From assembly GCF_009914755.1 (NCBI RefSeq), contig NC_060933.1: a stretch of 64,000 nucleotides of DNA. One strand, given 5' to 3'. This document shows, in pieces, positions 39,701 to 52,000 of this stretch. This DNA is from the human T2T-CHM13v2.0 reference genome, Homo sapiens. Under the pieces are notes generated by a model. It saw nothing but the letters and a program-made list of their open reading frames with translations, did no database searches and was not told the origin of the DNA. A program made the position numbers and the translations under genes. Position 1 is the first letter of the stretch. The number at the start of each line of letters is the position of its first letter.

Positions 39701-40543
39701 TCAGAAACTTATTTGCGATGTGTGTCCTCAACTAACAGAGTTGAACCTTTGTTTTGATACAACATTTTGGAAACACTCTTTTTGTAGAATCTGCAAGTGG
39801 ATATTTGGATAGCTTTGAAGGTTTCGTTGGAAACGGGAATATCTTCATATAAAATCAAGACAGAAGCATTCTCAGAAACTTCTCTGTGATGTTTGCATTC
39901 AACTCATAGAGTTGAACACTTCCCTTCATAGAGCAGGTTTGAAACACTCTTTTTGTAATATTTGGAAGTGGACATTTGCAGCGCTTTGAGGCCTATGTTG
40001 AAAAAGGAAATATCTTCTCCTAAAAACCAGACAGAAGCATTCTCAGAAACTTCCTTGTGATGTGTGTACTCAAGTAGCACAGTTGAACCTTACTTTTGAC
40101 AGAGCCGTTTTGAAACAGTCTTTTTGTAGAATCTGGAAGTAGATATTTGGATACCTTTGAGGATTTCTTTGGAAACGGGATATCTTCATATAAAATCTAG
40201 ACAGAAGCATTCTCAGAAACTTCTTTGTGCTGTATGTCCTCAATTAACAGAGTTGAACCTTTGTGTGGATACAGCATTTTGGAAACATTCCTTTAGTAGA
40301 ATCTGCAAGTTGATATTTAGATAGCTAGGAAGATTTCCTTGGAAACGGGAATATCTTCATATAAAATCTAGACGGAAGCATTCTCAGAAAGTGCTTTGTG
40401 ATGCTTGCATTCAAGTCACAGAGTTGAATATTCCCTTTTATAGAGCAGGTTTGAAACACTCTTTCTGCACTACCTGGAAGTGGACATTTGGAGCGCTTTG
40501 AGGCCTATGTTGAAAAAGGAAATATCTTCCCATAAAAACTAGA

Positions 40544-43095
40544 CAGAAGCATTCTCAGAAACTTGTTTGTGATGTGTGTATTCAACTAACAGAGATGAAC
40601 CTTTCTTTTTACAGAGCAGTTTTGAAACACTCTTTTTGTGGAATCTGAAAGTGGATATTTGGATAGCTTTGAGGATTTCGTTGGAAACGGGATTACATAT
40701 AAAATCTAGAGAGACGCATTCTCAGGAACTTCTTTGTGATGTTTGCATTCAAGTCACAGAACTGAACATTCCCTTTCATAGAGCATGTTCGAAACACTCT
40801 TTCTGTAGTATCTGCAAGCGGACGTTTCAAGCGCTTTCAGGCCTATGGTGAGAAAGGAAATATCTTCAAGTAAAAACTAGACAGAAGCATTCTCAGAAAC
40901 TTATTTGCCATGTGTGTTCTCAACTAACAGAGTTGAACCTTTGTTTTGATACGGCATTTTGGAAACACTCTTTTTGTAGAATCTGCAGGTGGATATTCGG
41001 ATAGCTTTGAAGGTTTCGTTGGAAACGGGAATATCTTCATATAAAATCTAGACGGAAGCATTCTCAGAAACTGCTTTGTGATGTTTTCATTCAAGTCACA
41101 GAGTAGAATGTTCCCTTTTATATACCAGGTTTGAGACACTCTTTCTGCACTATCTGGAAGTGGACATTTGGAGCGCTTTGAGGCCTATGTTGAAAAAGGA
41201 AATATCTTCCCATAAAAACTAGACAGAAGCATTCTCAGAAACTTGTTTGTGATGTGTGTATTCAACTAACAGAGATGAACCTTTCTTTTTACAGAGCAGT
41301 TTTGAAACACTCTTTTTGTGGAATCTGAAAGTGGATATTTGGATAGCTTTGAGGATTTCGTTGGAAACGGGATTACATATAAAATCTAGAGAGACGCATT
41401 CTCAGGAACTTCTTTGTGATGTTTGCATTCAAGTCACAGAACTGAACATTCCCTTTCATAGAGCATGTTCGAAACACTCTTTCTGTAGTATCTGCAAGCG
41501 GACGTTTCAAGCGCTTTCAGGCCTATGGTGAGAAAGGAAATATCTTCAAGTAAAAACTAGACAGAAGCATTCTCAGAAACTTATTTGCCATGTGTGTTCT
41601 CAACTAACAGAGTTGAACCTTTGTTTTGATACGGCATTTTGGAAACACTCTTTTTGTAGAATCTGCAGGTGGATATTCGGATAGCTTTGAAGGTTTCGTT
41701 GGAAACGGGAATATCTTCATATAAAATCTAGACGGAAGCATTCTCAGAAACTGCTTTGTGATGTTTTCATTCAAGTCACAGAGTAGAATGTTCCCTTTTA
41801 TATACCAGGTTTGAGACACTCTTTCTGCACTATCTGGAAGTGGACATTTGGAGCGCTTTGAGGCCTATGATGAAAAAGGAAATATCTTCCCATAAAAACT
41901 AGACAGAAGCATTCTCAGAAACTTGTTTGTGATGTGTGTATTCAACTAACAGAGATGAACCTTTGTTTTTACAGAGCAGTTTTGAAACACTCTTTTTGTG
42001 GAATCTGAAAGTGGATATTTGGATAGCTTTGAGGATTTCGTTGGAAACGGGATTACATATAAAATCTAGAGAGAAGCATTCTCAGGAACTTCTTTGTGAT
42101 GTTTGCATTCACGTCACAGAACTGAACATTCCCTTTCATAGAGCATGTTTGAAACACTCTTTCTGTAGTATCTGCAAACGGACATTTCAAGCGCTTTCAG
42201 GCCTATGGTAAGAAAGGAAATATCTTTAAATAAAAACTAGACAGAAGCATTCTCAGAAACTTATTTGCGATGTGTGTCCTCAACTAACAGAGTTGAACCT
42301 TTGTTTTCATACAACATTTTGGAAACACTCTTTTTGTAGAATCTGCAAGTGGATATTTGGATAGCTTTGAAGGTTTCGTTGGAAACGGGAATATCTTCAT
42401 ATAAAATCAAGACAGAAGCATTCTCAGAAACTTCTCTGTGATGTTTGCATTCAACTCATAGAGTTGAACACTTCCCTTCATAGAGCAGGTTTGAAACACT
42501 CTTTTTGTAATATTTGGAAGTGGACATTTGCAGCGCTTTGAGGCCTATGTTGAAAAAGGAAATATCTTCTCCTAAAAACCAGACAGAAGCATTCTCAGAA
42601 ACTTCCTTGTGATGTGTGTACTCAAGTAACACAGTTGAACCTTACTTTTGACAGAGCCGTTTTGAAACAGTCTTTTTGTAGTATCTGGAAGTAGATAGTT
42701 GGATACCTTTGAGGATTTCTTTGGAAACGGGATATCTTCATATAAAATCTAGACAGAAGCATTCTCAGAAACTTCTTTGTGCTGTGTGTCCTCAATTAAT
42801 AGAGTTGAACCTTTGTGTGGATACAGCATTTTGGAAACATTCCTTTAGTAGAATCTGCAAGTTGATATTTAGATAGCTAGGAAGATTTCCTTGGAAACGG
42901 GAATATCTTCATATAAAATCTAGACGGAAGCATTCTCAGAAAGTGCTTTGTGATGTTTGCATTCAAGTCACAGAGTTGAATATTCCCTTTTATAGAGCAG
43001 GTTTGAAACACTCTTTCTGCACTACCTGGAAGTGGACATTTGTAGCGCTTTGAGGCCTATGCTGAAAAAGGAAATATCTTCCCATAAAAACTAGA
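40544..43095 (+). repeat. 15-mer HOR variant (2552 bp) with an extra 680-bp 4-mer
   Basis: ORFs at 40576, 41256 and 41936 (+680, +680). The first two share private SNVs 'gagacgcatt' (40715/41395) and 'gttcgaaac' (40790/41470). Confidence 0.95.
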
Positions 43096-46000
43096 CAGAA
43101 GCATTCTCAGAAACTTGTTTGTGATGTGTGTATTCAACTAACAGAGATGAACCTTTCTTTTTATAGAGCAGTTTTGAAACACTCTTTTTGTGGAATCTGA
43201 AAGTGGATATTTGGATAGCTTTGAGGATTTCGTTGGAAACGGGATTACATATAAAATCTAGAGAGAAGCATTCTCAGGAACTTCTTTGTGATGTTTGCAT
43301 TCAAGTCACAGAACTGAACATTCCCTTTCATAGAGCATGTTTGAAACACTCTTTCTGTAGTATCTGCAAGCGGACGTTTCAAGCGCTTTCAGGCCTATGG
43401 TGAGAAAGGAAATATCTTCAAGTAAAAACTAGACAGAAGCATTCTCAGAAACTTATTTGCCATGTGTGTTCTCAACTAACAGAGTTGAACCTTTCTTTTG
43501 ATACGGCATTTTGGAAACACTCTTTTTGTAGAATCTGCAGGTGGATATTCGGATAGCTTTGAGGGTTTCGTTGGAAACGGGAATATCTTCATATAAAATC
43601 TAGACGGAAGCATTCTCAGAAACTGCTTTGTGATGTTTTCATTCAAGTCACAGAGTAGAATGTTCCCTTTTATATACCAGGTTTGAGACACTCTTTCTGC
43701 ACTATCTGGAAGTGGACATTTGGAGCGCTTTGAGGCCTATGATGAAAAAGGAAATATCTTCCCATAAAAACTAGACAGAAGCATTCTCAGAAACTTGTTT
43801 GTGATGTGTGTATTCAACTAACAGAGATGAACCTTTCTTTTTACAGAGCAGTTTTGAAACACTCTTTTTGTGGAATCTGAAAGTGGATATTTGGATAGCT
43901 TTGAGGATTTCGTTGGAAACGGGATTACATAGAAAATCTAGAGAGAAGCATTCTCAGGAACTTCTTTGTGATGTTTGCATTCACGTCACAGAACTGAACA
44001 TTCCCTTTCATAGAGCATGTTTGAAACACTCTTTCTGTAGTATCTGCAAACGGACATTTCAAGCGCTTTCAGGCCTATGGTAAGAAAGGAAATATCTTCA
44101 AATCAAACTAGACAGAAGCATTCTCAGAAACTTAATTGCGATGTGTGTCCTCAACTAACAGAGTTGAACCTTTGTTTTGATACAACATTTTCGAAACACT
44201 CTTTTTGTAGAATCTGCAAGTGGATATTTGGATAGCTTTGAAGGTTTCGTTGGAAACGGGAATATCTTCATATAAAATCAAGACAGAAGCATTCTCAGAA
44301 ACTTCTCTGTGATGTTTGCATTCAACTCATAGAGTTGAACACTTCCCTTCATAGAGCAGGTTTGAAACACTCTTTTTGTAATATTTGGAAGTGGACATTT
44401 GCAGCGCTTTGAGGCCTATGTTGAAAAAGGAAATATCTTCTCCTAAAAACCAGACAGAAGCATTCTCAGAAACTTCCTTGTGATGTGTGTACTCAAGTAA
44501 CACAGTTGAACCTTACTTTTGACAGAGCCGTTTTGAAACAGTCTTTTTGTAGAATCTGGAAGTAGATAGTTGGATACCTTTGAGGATTTCTTTGGAAACG
44601 GGATATCTTCATATAAAATCTAGACAGAAGCATTCTCAGAAACTTCTTTGTGCTGTATGTCCTCAATTAACAGAGTTGAACCTTTGTGTGGATACAGCAT
44701 TTTGGAAACATTCCTTTAGTAGAATCTGCAAGTTGATATTTAGATAGCTAGGAAGTTTTCCTTGGAAACGGGAATATCTTCATATAAAATCTAGACGGAA
44801 GCATTCTCAGAAAGTGCTTTGTGATGTTTGCATTCAAGTCACAGAGTTGAATATTCCCTTTTATAGAGCAGGTTTGAAACACTCTTTCTGCACTACCTGG
44901 AAGTGGACATTTGGAGCGCTTTGAGGCCTATGTTGAAAAAGGAAATATCTTCCCATAAAAACTAGACAGAAGCATTCTCAGAAACTTGTTTGTGATGTGT
45001 GTATTCAACTAACAGAGATGAACCTTTCTTTTTACAGAGCAGTTTTGAAACACTCTTTTTGTGGAATCTGAAAGTGGATATTTGGATAGCTTTGAGGATT
45101 TCGTTGGAAACGGGATTACATATAAAATCTAGAGAGAAGCATTCTCAGGAACTTCTTTGTGATGTTTGCATTCAAGTCACAGAACTGAACATTCCCTTTC
45201 ATTGAGCATGTTTGAAACACTCTTTCTGTAGTATCTGCAAGCGGACGTTTCAAGCGCTTTCAGGCCTATGGTGAGAAAGGAAATATCTTCAAGTAAAAAC
45301 TAGACAGAAGCATTCTCAGAAACTTATTTGCCATGTGTGTTCTCAACTAACAGAGTTGAACCTTTGTTTTGATACGGCATTTTGGAAACACTCTTTTTGT
45401 AGAATCTGCAGGTGGATATTCGGATAGCTTTGAAGGTTTCGTTGGAAACGGGAATATCTTCATATAAAATCTAGACGGAAACATTCTCAGAAACTGCTTT
45501 GTGATGTTTTCATTCAAGTCACAGAGTAGAATGTTCCCTTTTATATACCAGGTTTGAGACACTCTTTCTGCACTATCTGGAAGTGGACATTTGGAGCGCT
45601 TTGAGGCCTATGATGAAAAAGGAAATATCTTCCCATAAAAACTAGACAGAAGCATTCTCAGAAACTTGTTTGTGATGTGTGTATTCAACTAACAGAGATG
45701 AACCTTTCTTTTTACAGAGCAGTTTTGAAACACTCTTTTTGTGGAATCTGAAAGTGGATATTTGGATAGCTTTGAGGATTTCGTTGGAAACGGGATTACA
45801 TATAAAATCTAGAGAGAAGCATTCTCAGGAACTTCTTTGTGATGTTTGCATTCACGTCACAGAACTGAACATTCCCTTTCATAGAGCATGTTTGAAACAC
45901 TCTTTCTGTAGTATCTGCAAACGGAGATTTCAAGCGCTTTCAGGCCTATGGTAAGAAAGGAAATATCTTCAAATAAAAACTAGACAGAAGCATTCTCAGA

Positions 46001-49000
46001 AACTTATTTGCGATGTGTGTCCTCAACTAACAGAGTTGAACCTTTGTTTTGATACAACATTTTGGAAACACTCTTTTTGTAGAATCTGCAAGTGGATATT
46101 TGGATAGCTTTGAAGGTTTCGTTGGAAACGGGAATATCTTCATATAAAATCAAGACAGAAGCATTCTCAGAAACTTCTCTGTGATGTTTGCATTCAACTC
46201 ATAGAGTTGAACACTTCCCTTCATAGAGCAGGTTTGAAACACTCTTTTTGTAATATTTGGAAGTGGACATTTGCAGCGCTTTGAGGCCTATGTTGAAAAA
46301 GGAAATATCTTCTCCTAAAAACCAGACAGAAGCATTCTCAGAAACTTCCTTGTGATGTGTGTACTCAAGTAACACAGTTGAACCTTACTTTTGACAGAGC
46401 CGTTTTGAAACAGTCTTTTTGTAGAATCTGGAAGTAGATAGTTGGATACCTTTGAGGATTTCTTTGGAAACGGGATATCTTCATATAAAATCTAGACAGA
46501 AGCATTCTCAGAAACTTCTTTGTGCTGTATGTCCTCAATTAACAGAGTTGAACCTTTGTGTGGATACAGCATTTTGGAAACATTCCTTTAGTAGAATCTG
46601 CAAGTTGATATTTAGATAGCTAGGAAGATTTCCTTGGAAACGGGAATATCTTCATATAAAATCTAGACGGAAGCATTCTCAGAAAGTGCTTTTTGATGTT
46701 TGCATTCAAGTCACAGAGTTGAATATTCCCTTTTATAGAGCAGGTTTGAAACACTCTTTCTGCACTACCTGGAAGTGGACATTTGGAGCGCTTTGAGGCC
46801 TATGCTGAAAAAGGAAATATCTTCCCATAAAAACTAGACAGAAGCATTCTCAGAAACTTGTTTGTGATGTGTGTATTCAACTAACAGAGATGAACCTTTC
46901 TTTTTACAGAGCAGTTTTGAAACACTCTTTTTGTGGAATCTGAAAGTGGATATTTGGATAGCTTTGAGGATTTCGTTGGAAACGGGATTACATATAAAAT
47001 CTAGAGAGAAGCATTCTCAGGAACTTCTTTGTGATGTTTGCATTCAAGTCACAGAACTGAACATTCCCTTTCATAGAGCATGTTTGAAACACTCTTTCTG
47101 TAGTATCTGCAAGCGGACGTTTCAAGCGCTTTCAGGCCTATGGTGAGAAAGGAAATATCTTCAAGTAAAACTAGACAGAAGCATTCTCAGAAACTTATTT
47201 GCCATGTGTGTTCTCAACTAACAGAGTTGAACCTTTGTTTTGATACGGCATTTTGGAAACACTCTTTTTGTAGAATCTGCAGGTGGATATTCGGATAGCT
47301 TTGAAGGTTTCGTTGGAAACGGGAATATCTTCATATAAAATCTAGACGGAAGCATTCTCAGAAACTGCTTTGTGATGTTTTCATTCAAGTCACAGAGTAG
47401 AATGTTCCCTTTTATATACCAGGTTTGAGACACTCTTTCTGCACTATCTGGAAGTGGACATTTGGAGCGCTTTGTGGCCTATGATGAAAAAGGAAATATC
47501 TTCCCATAAAAACTAGACAGAAGCATTCTCAGAAACTTGTTTGTGATGTGTGTATTCAACTAACAGAGATGAACCTTTCTTTTTACAGAGCAGTTTTGAA
47601 ACACTCTTTTTGTGGAATCTGAAAGTGGATATTTGGATAGCTTTGAGGATTTCGTTGGAAACGGGATTACATATAAAATCTAGAGAGAAGCATTCTCAGG
47701 AACTTCTTTGTGATGTTTGCATTCACGTCACAGAACTGAACATTCCCTTTCATAGAGCATGTTTGAAACACTCTTTCTGTAGTATCTGCAAACGGACATT
47801 TCAAGCGCTTTCAGGCCTATGGTAAGAAAGGAAATATCTTCAAATAAAAACTAGACAGAAGCATTCTCAGAAACTTATTTGCGATGTGTGTCCTCAACTA
47901 ACAGAGTTGAACCTTTGTTTTGATACAACATTTTGGAAACACTCTTTTTGTAGAATCTGCAAGTGGATATTTGGATAGCTTTGAAGGTTTCGTTGGAAAC
48001 GGGAATATCTTCATATAAAATCAAGACAGAAGCATTCTCAGAAACTTCTCTGTGATGTTTGCATTCAACTCATAGAGTTGAACACTTCCCTTCATAGAGC
48101 AGGTTTGAAACACTCTTTTTGTAATATTTGGAAGTGGACATTTGCAGCGCTTTGAGGCCTATGTTGAAAAAGGAAATATCTTCTCCTAAAAAGCAGACAC
48201 AAGCATTCTCAGAAACTTCCTTGTGATGTGTGTACTCAAGTAACAGAGTTGAACCTTACTTTTGACAGAGCCGTTTTGAAACAGTCTTTTTGTAGAATCT
48301 GGAAGTAGATATTTGGACACCATAGAGGATTTCTTTGGAAACGGGATATCTTCATATAAAATCTAGACAGAAGCATTCTCAGAAACTTCTTTGTGCTGTA
48401 TGTCCTCAATTAACAGAGTTGAACGTTTGTGTGGATACGGCATTTTGGAAACATTCCTTTAGTAGAATCTGCAAGTTGATATTTAGATAGCTAGGAAGAT
48501 TTCCTTGGAAACGGGAATATCTTCATATAAAATCTAGACGGAAGCATTCTCAGAAAGTGCTTTGTGATGTTTGCATTCAAGTCACAGAGTTGAATATTCC
48601 CTTTTATAGAGCAGGTTTGAAACACTCTTTCTGCACTACCTAGAAGTGGACATTTGGAGCGCTTTGAGGCCTATGTTGAAAAAGGAAATATCTTCCCCTA
48701 AAAACTAGACAGAAGCATTCTCAGAAACTTGTTTGTGATGTGTGTATTCAACTAACAGAGATGAACCTTTCTTTTTACAGAGCAGTTTTGAAACACTCTT
48801 TTTGTGGAATCTGAAAGTGGATATTTGGATAGCTTTGAGGATTTCGTTGGAAACGGGATTACATATAAAATCTAGAGAGAAGCATTCTCAGGAACTTCTT
48901 TGTGATGTTTGCATTCAAGTCACAGAACTGAACATTCCCTTTCATAGAGCATGTTTGAAACACTCTTTCTGTAGTATCTGCAAGCGGACGTTTCAAGCGC

Positions 49001-52000
49001 TTTCAGGCCTATGGTGAGAAAGGAAATATCTTCAAGTAAAAACTAGAAAGAAGCATTCTCAGAAACTTATTTGCCATGTGTGTTCTCAACTAACAGAGTT
49101 GAACCTTTGTTTTGATACGGCATTTTGGAAACACTCTTTTTGTAGAATCTGCAGGTGGATATTCGGATAGCTTTGAAGGTTTCGTTGGAAACGGGAATAT
49201 CTTCATATAAAATCTAGACGGAAGCATTCTCAGAAACTGCTTTGTGATGTTTTCATTCAAGTCACAGAGTAGAATGTTCCCTTTTATATACCAGGTTTGA
49301 GACACTCTTTCTGCACTATCTGGAAGTGGACATTTGGAGCGCTTTGAGGTCTATGATGAAAAAGGAAATATCTTCCCATAAAAACTAGACAGAAGCATTC
49401 TCAGAAACTTGTTTGTGATGTGTGTATTCAACTAACAGAGATGAACCTTTGTTTTTACAGAGCAGTTTTGAAACACTCTTTTTGTGGAATCTGAAAGTGG
49501 ATATTTGGATAGCTTTGAGGATTTCGTTGGAAACGGGATTACATATAAAATCTAGAGAGAAGCATTCCCAGGAACTTCTTTGTGATGTTTGCATTCACGT
49601 CACAGAACTGAACATTCCCTTTCATAGAGCATGTTTGAAACACTCTTTCTGTAGTATCTGCAAACGGACATTTCAAGCGCTTTCAGGCCTATGGTAAGAA
49701 AGGAAATATCTTCAAATCAAAACTAGACATAAGCATTCTCAGAAACTTATTTGCGATGTGTGTCCTCAACTAACAGAGTTGAACCTTTGTTTTGATACAA
49801 CATTTTGGAAACACTCTTTTTGTAGAATCTGCAAGTGGATATTTGGATAGCTTTGAAGGTTTCGTTGGAAACGGGAATATCTTCATATAAAATCAAGACA
49901 GAAGCATTCTCAGAAACTTCTCTGTGATGTTTGCATTCAACTCATAGAGTTGAACACTTCCCTTCATAGAGCAGGTTTGAAACACTCTTTTTGTAATATT
50001 TGGAAGTGGACATTTGCAGCGCTTTGAGGCCTATGTTGAAAAAGGAAATATCTTCTCCTAAAAACCAGACAGAAGCATTCTCAGAAACTTCCTTGTGATG
50101 TGTGTACTCAAGTAACAGAGTTGAACCTTACTTTTGACAGAGCCGTTTTGAAACAGTCTTTTTGTAGAATCTGGAAGTAGATATTTGGACACCTTTGAGG
50201 ATTTCTTTGGAAACCGGATATCTTCATATAAAATCTAGACAGAAGCATTCTCAGAAACTTCTTTGTGCTGTATGTCCTCAATTAACAGAGTTGAACGTTT
50301 GTGTGGATACGGCATTTTGGAAACATTCCTTTAGTAGAATCTGCAAGTTGATATTTAGATAGCTAGGAAGATTTCCTTGGAAACGGGAATATCTTCATAT
50401 AAAATCTAGACGGAAGCATTCTCAGAAAGTGCTTTGTGATGTTTGCATTCAAGTCACAGAGTTGAATATTCCCTTTTATAGAGCAGGTTTGAAACACTCT
50501 TTCTGCACTACCTGGAAGTGGACATTTGGAGCGCTTTGAGGCCTATGTTGAAAAAGGAAATATCTTCCCCTAAAAACTAGACAGAAGCATTCTCAGAAAC
50601 TTGTTTGTGATGTGTGTATTCAACTAACAGAGATGAACCTTTCTTTTTACAGAGCAGTTTTGAAACACTCTTTTTGTGGAATCTGAAAGTGGATATTTGG
50701 ATAGCTTTGAGGATTTCGTTGGAAACGGGATTACATATAAAATCTAGAGAGAAGCATTCTCAGGAACTTCTTTGTGATGTTTGCATTCAAGTCACAGAAC
50801 TGAACATTCCCTTTCATAGAGCATGTTTGAAACACTCTTTCTGTAGTATCTGCAAGCGGACGTTTCAAGCGCTTTCATTCCTATGGTGAGAAAGGAAATA
50901 TCTTCAAGTAAAAACTAGACAGAAGCATTCTCAGAAACTTATTTGCCATGTGTGTTCTCAACTAACAGAGTTGAACCTTTGTTTTGATACGGCATTTTGG
51001 AAACACTCTTTTTGTAGAATCTGCAGGTGGATATTCGGATAGCTTTGAAGGTTTCGTTGGAAACGGGAATATCTTCATATAAAATCTAGACGGAAGCATT
51101 CTCAGAAACTGCTTTGTGATGTTTTCATTCAAGTCACAGAGTAGAATGTTCCCTTTTATATACCAGGTTTGAGACACTCTTTCTGCACTATCTGGAAGTG
51201 GACATTTGGAGCGCTTTGAGGCCTATGATGAAAAAGGAAATATCTTCCCATAAAAACTAGACAGAAGCATTCTCAGAAACTTGTTTGTGATGTGTGTATT
51301 CAACTAACAGAGATGAACCTTTCTTTTTACAGAGCAGTTTTGAAACACTCTTTTTGTGGAATCTGAAAGTGGATATTTGGATAGCTTTGAGGATTTCGTT
51401 GGAAACGGGATTACATATAAAATCTAGAGAGAAGCATTCTCAGGAACTTCTTTGTGATGTTTGCATTCACGTCACAGAACTGAACATTCCCTTTCATAGA
51501 GCATGTTTGAAACACTCTTTCTGTAGTATCTGCAAACGGACATTTCAAGCGCTTTCAGGCCTATGGTAAGAAAGGAAATATCTTCAAATAAAAACTAGAC
51601 AGAAGCATTCTCAGAAACTTATTTGCGATGTGTGTCCTCAACTAACAGAGTTGAACCTTTGTTTTGATACAACATTTTGGAAACACTCTTTTTGTAGAAT
51701 CTGCAAGTGGATATTTGGATAGCTTTGAAGGTTTCGTTGGAAACGGGAATATCTTCATATAAAATCAAGACAGAAGCATTCTCAGAAACTTCTCTGTGAT
51801 GTTTGCATTCAACTCATAGAGTTGAACACTTCCCTTCATAGAGCAGGTTTGAAACACTCTTTTTGTAATATTTGGAAGTGGACATTTGCAGCGCTTTGAG
51901 GCCTATGTTGAAAAAGGAAATATCTTCTCCTAAAAACCAGACAGAAGCATTCTCAGAAACTTCCTTGTGATGTGTGTACTCAAGTAACACAGTTGAACCT

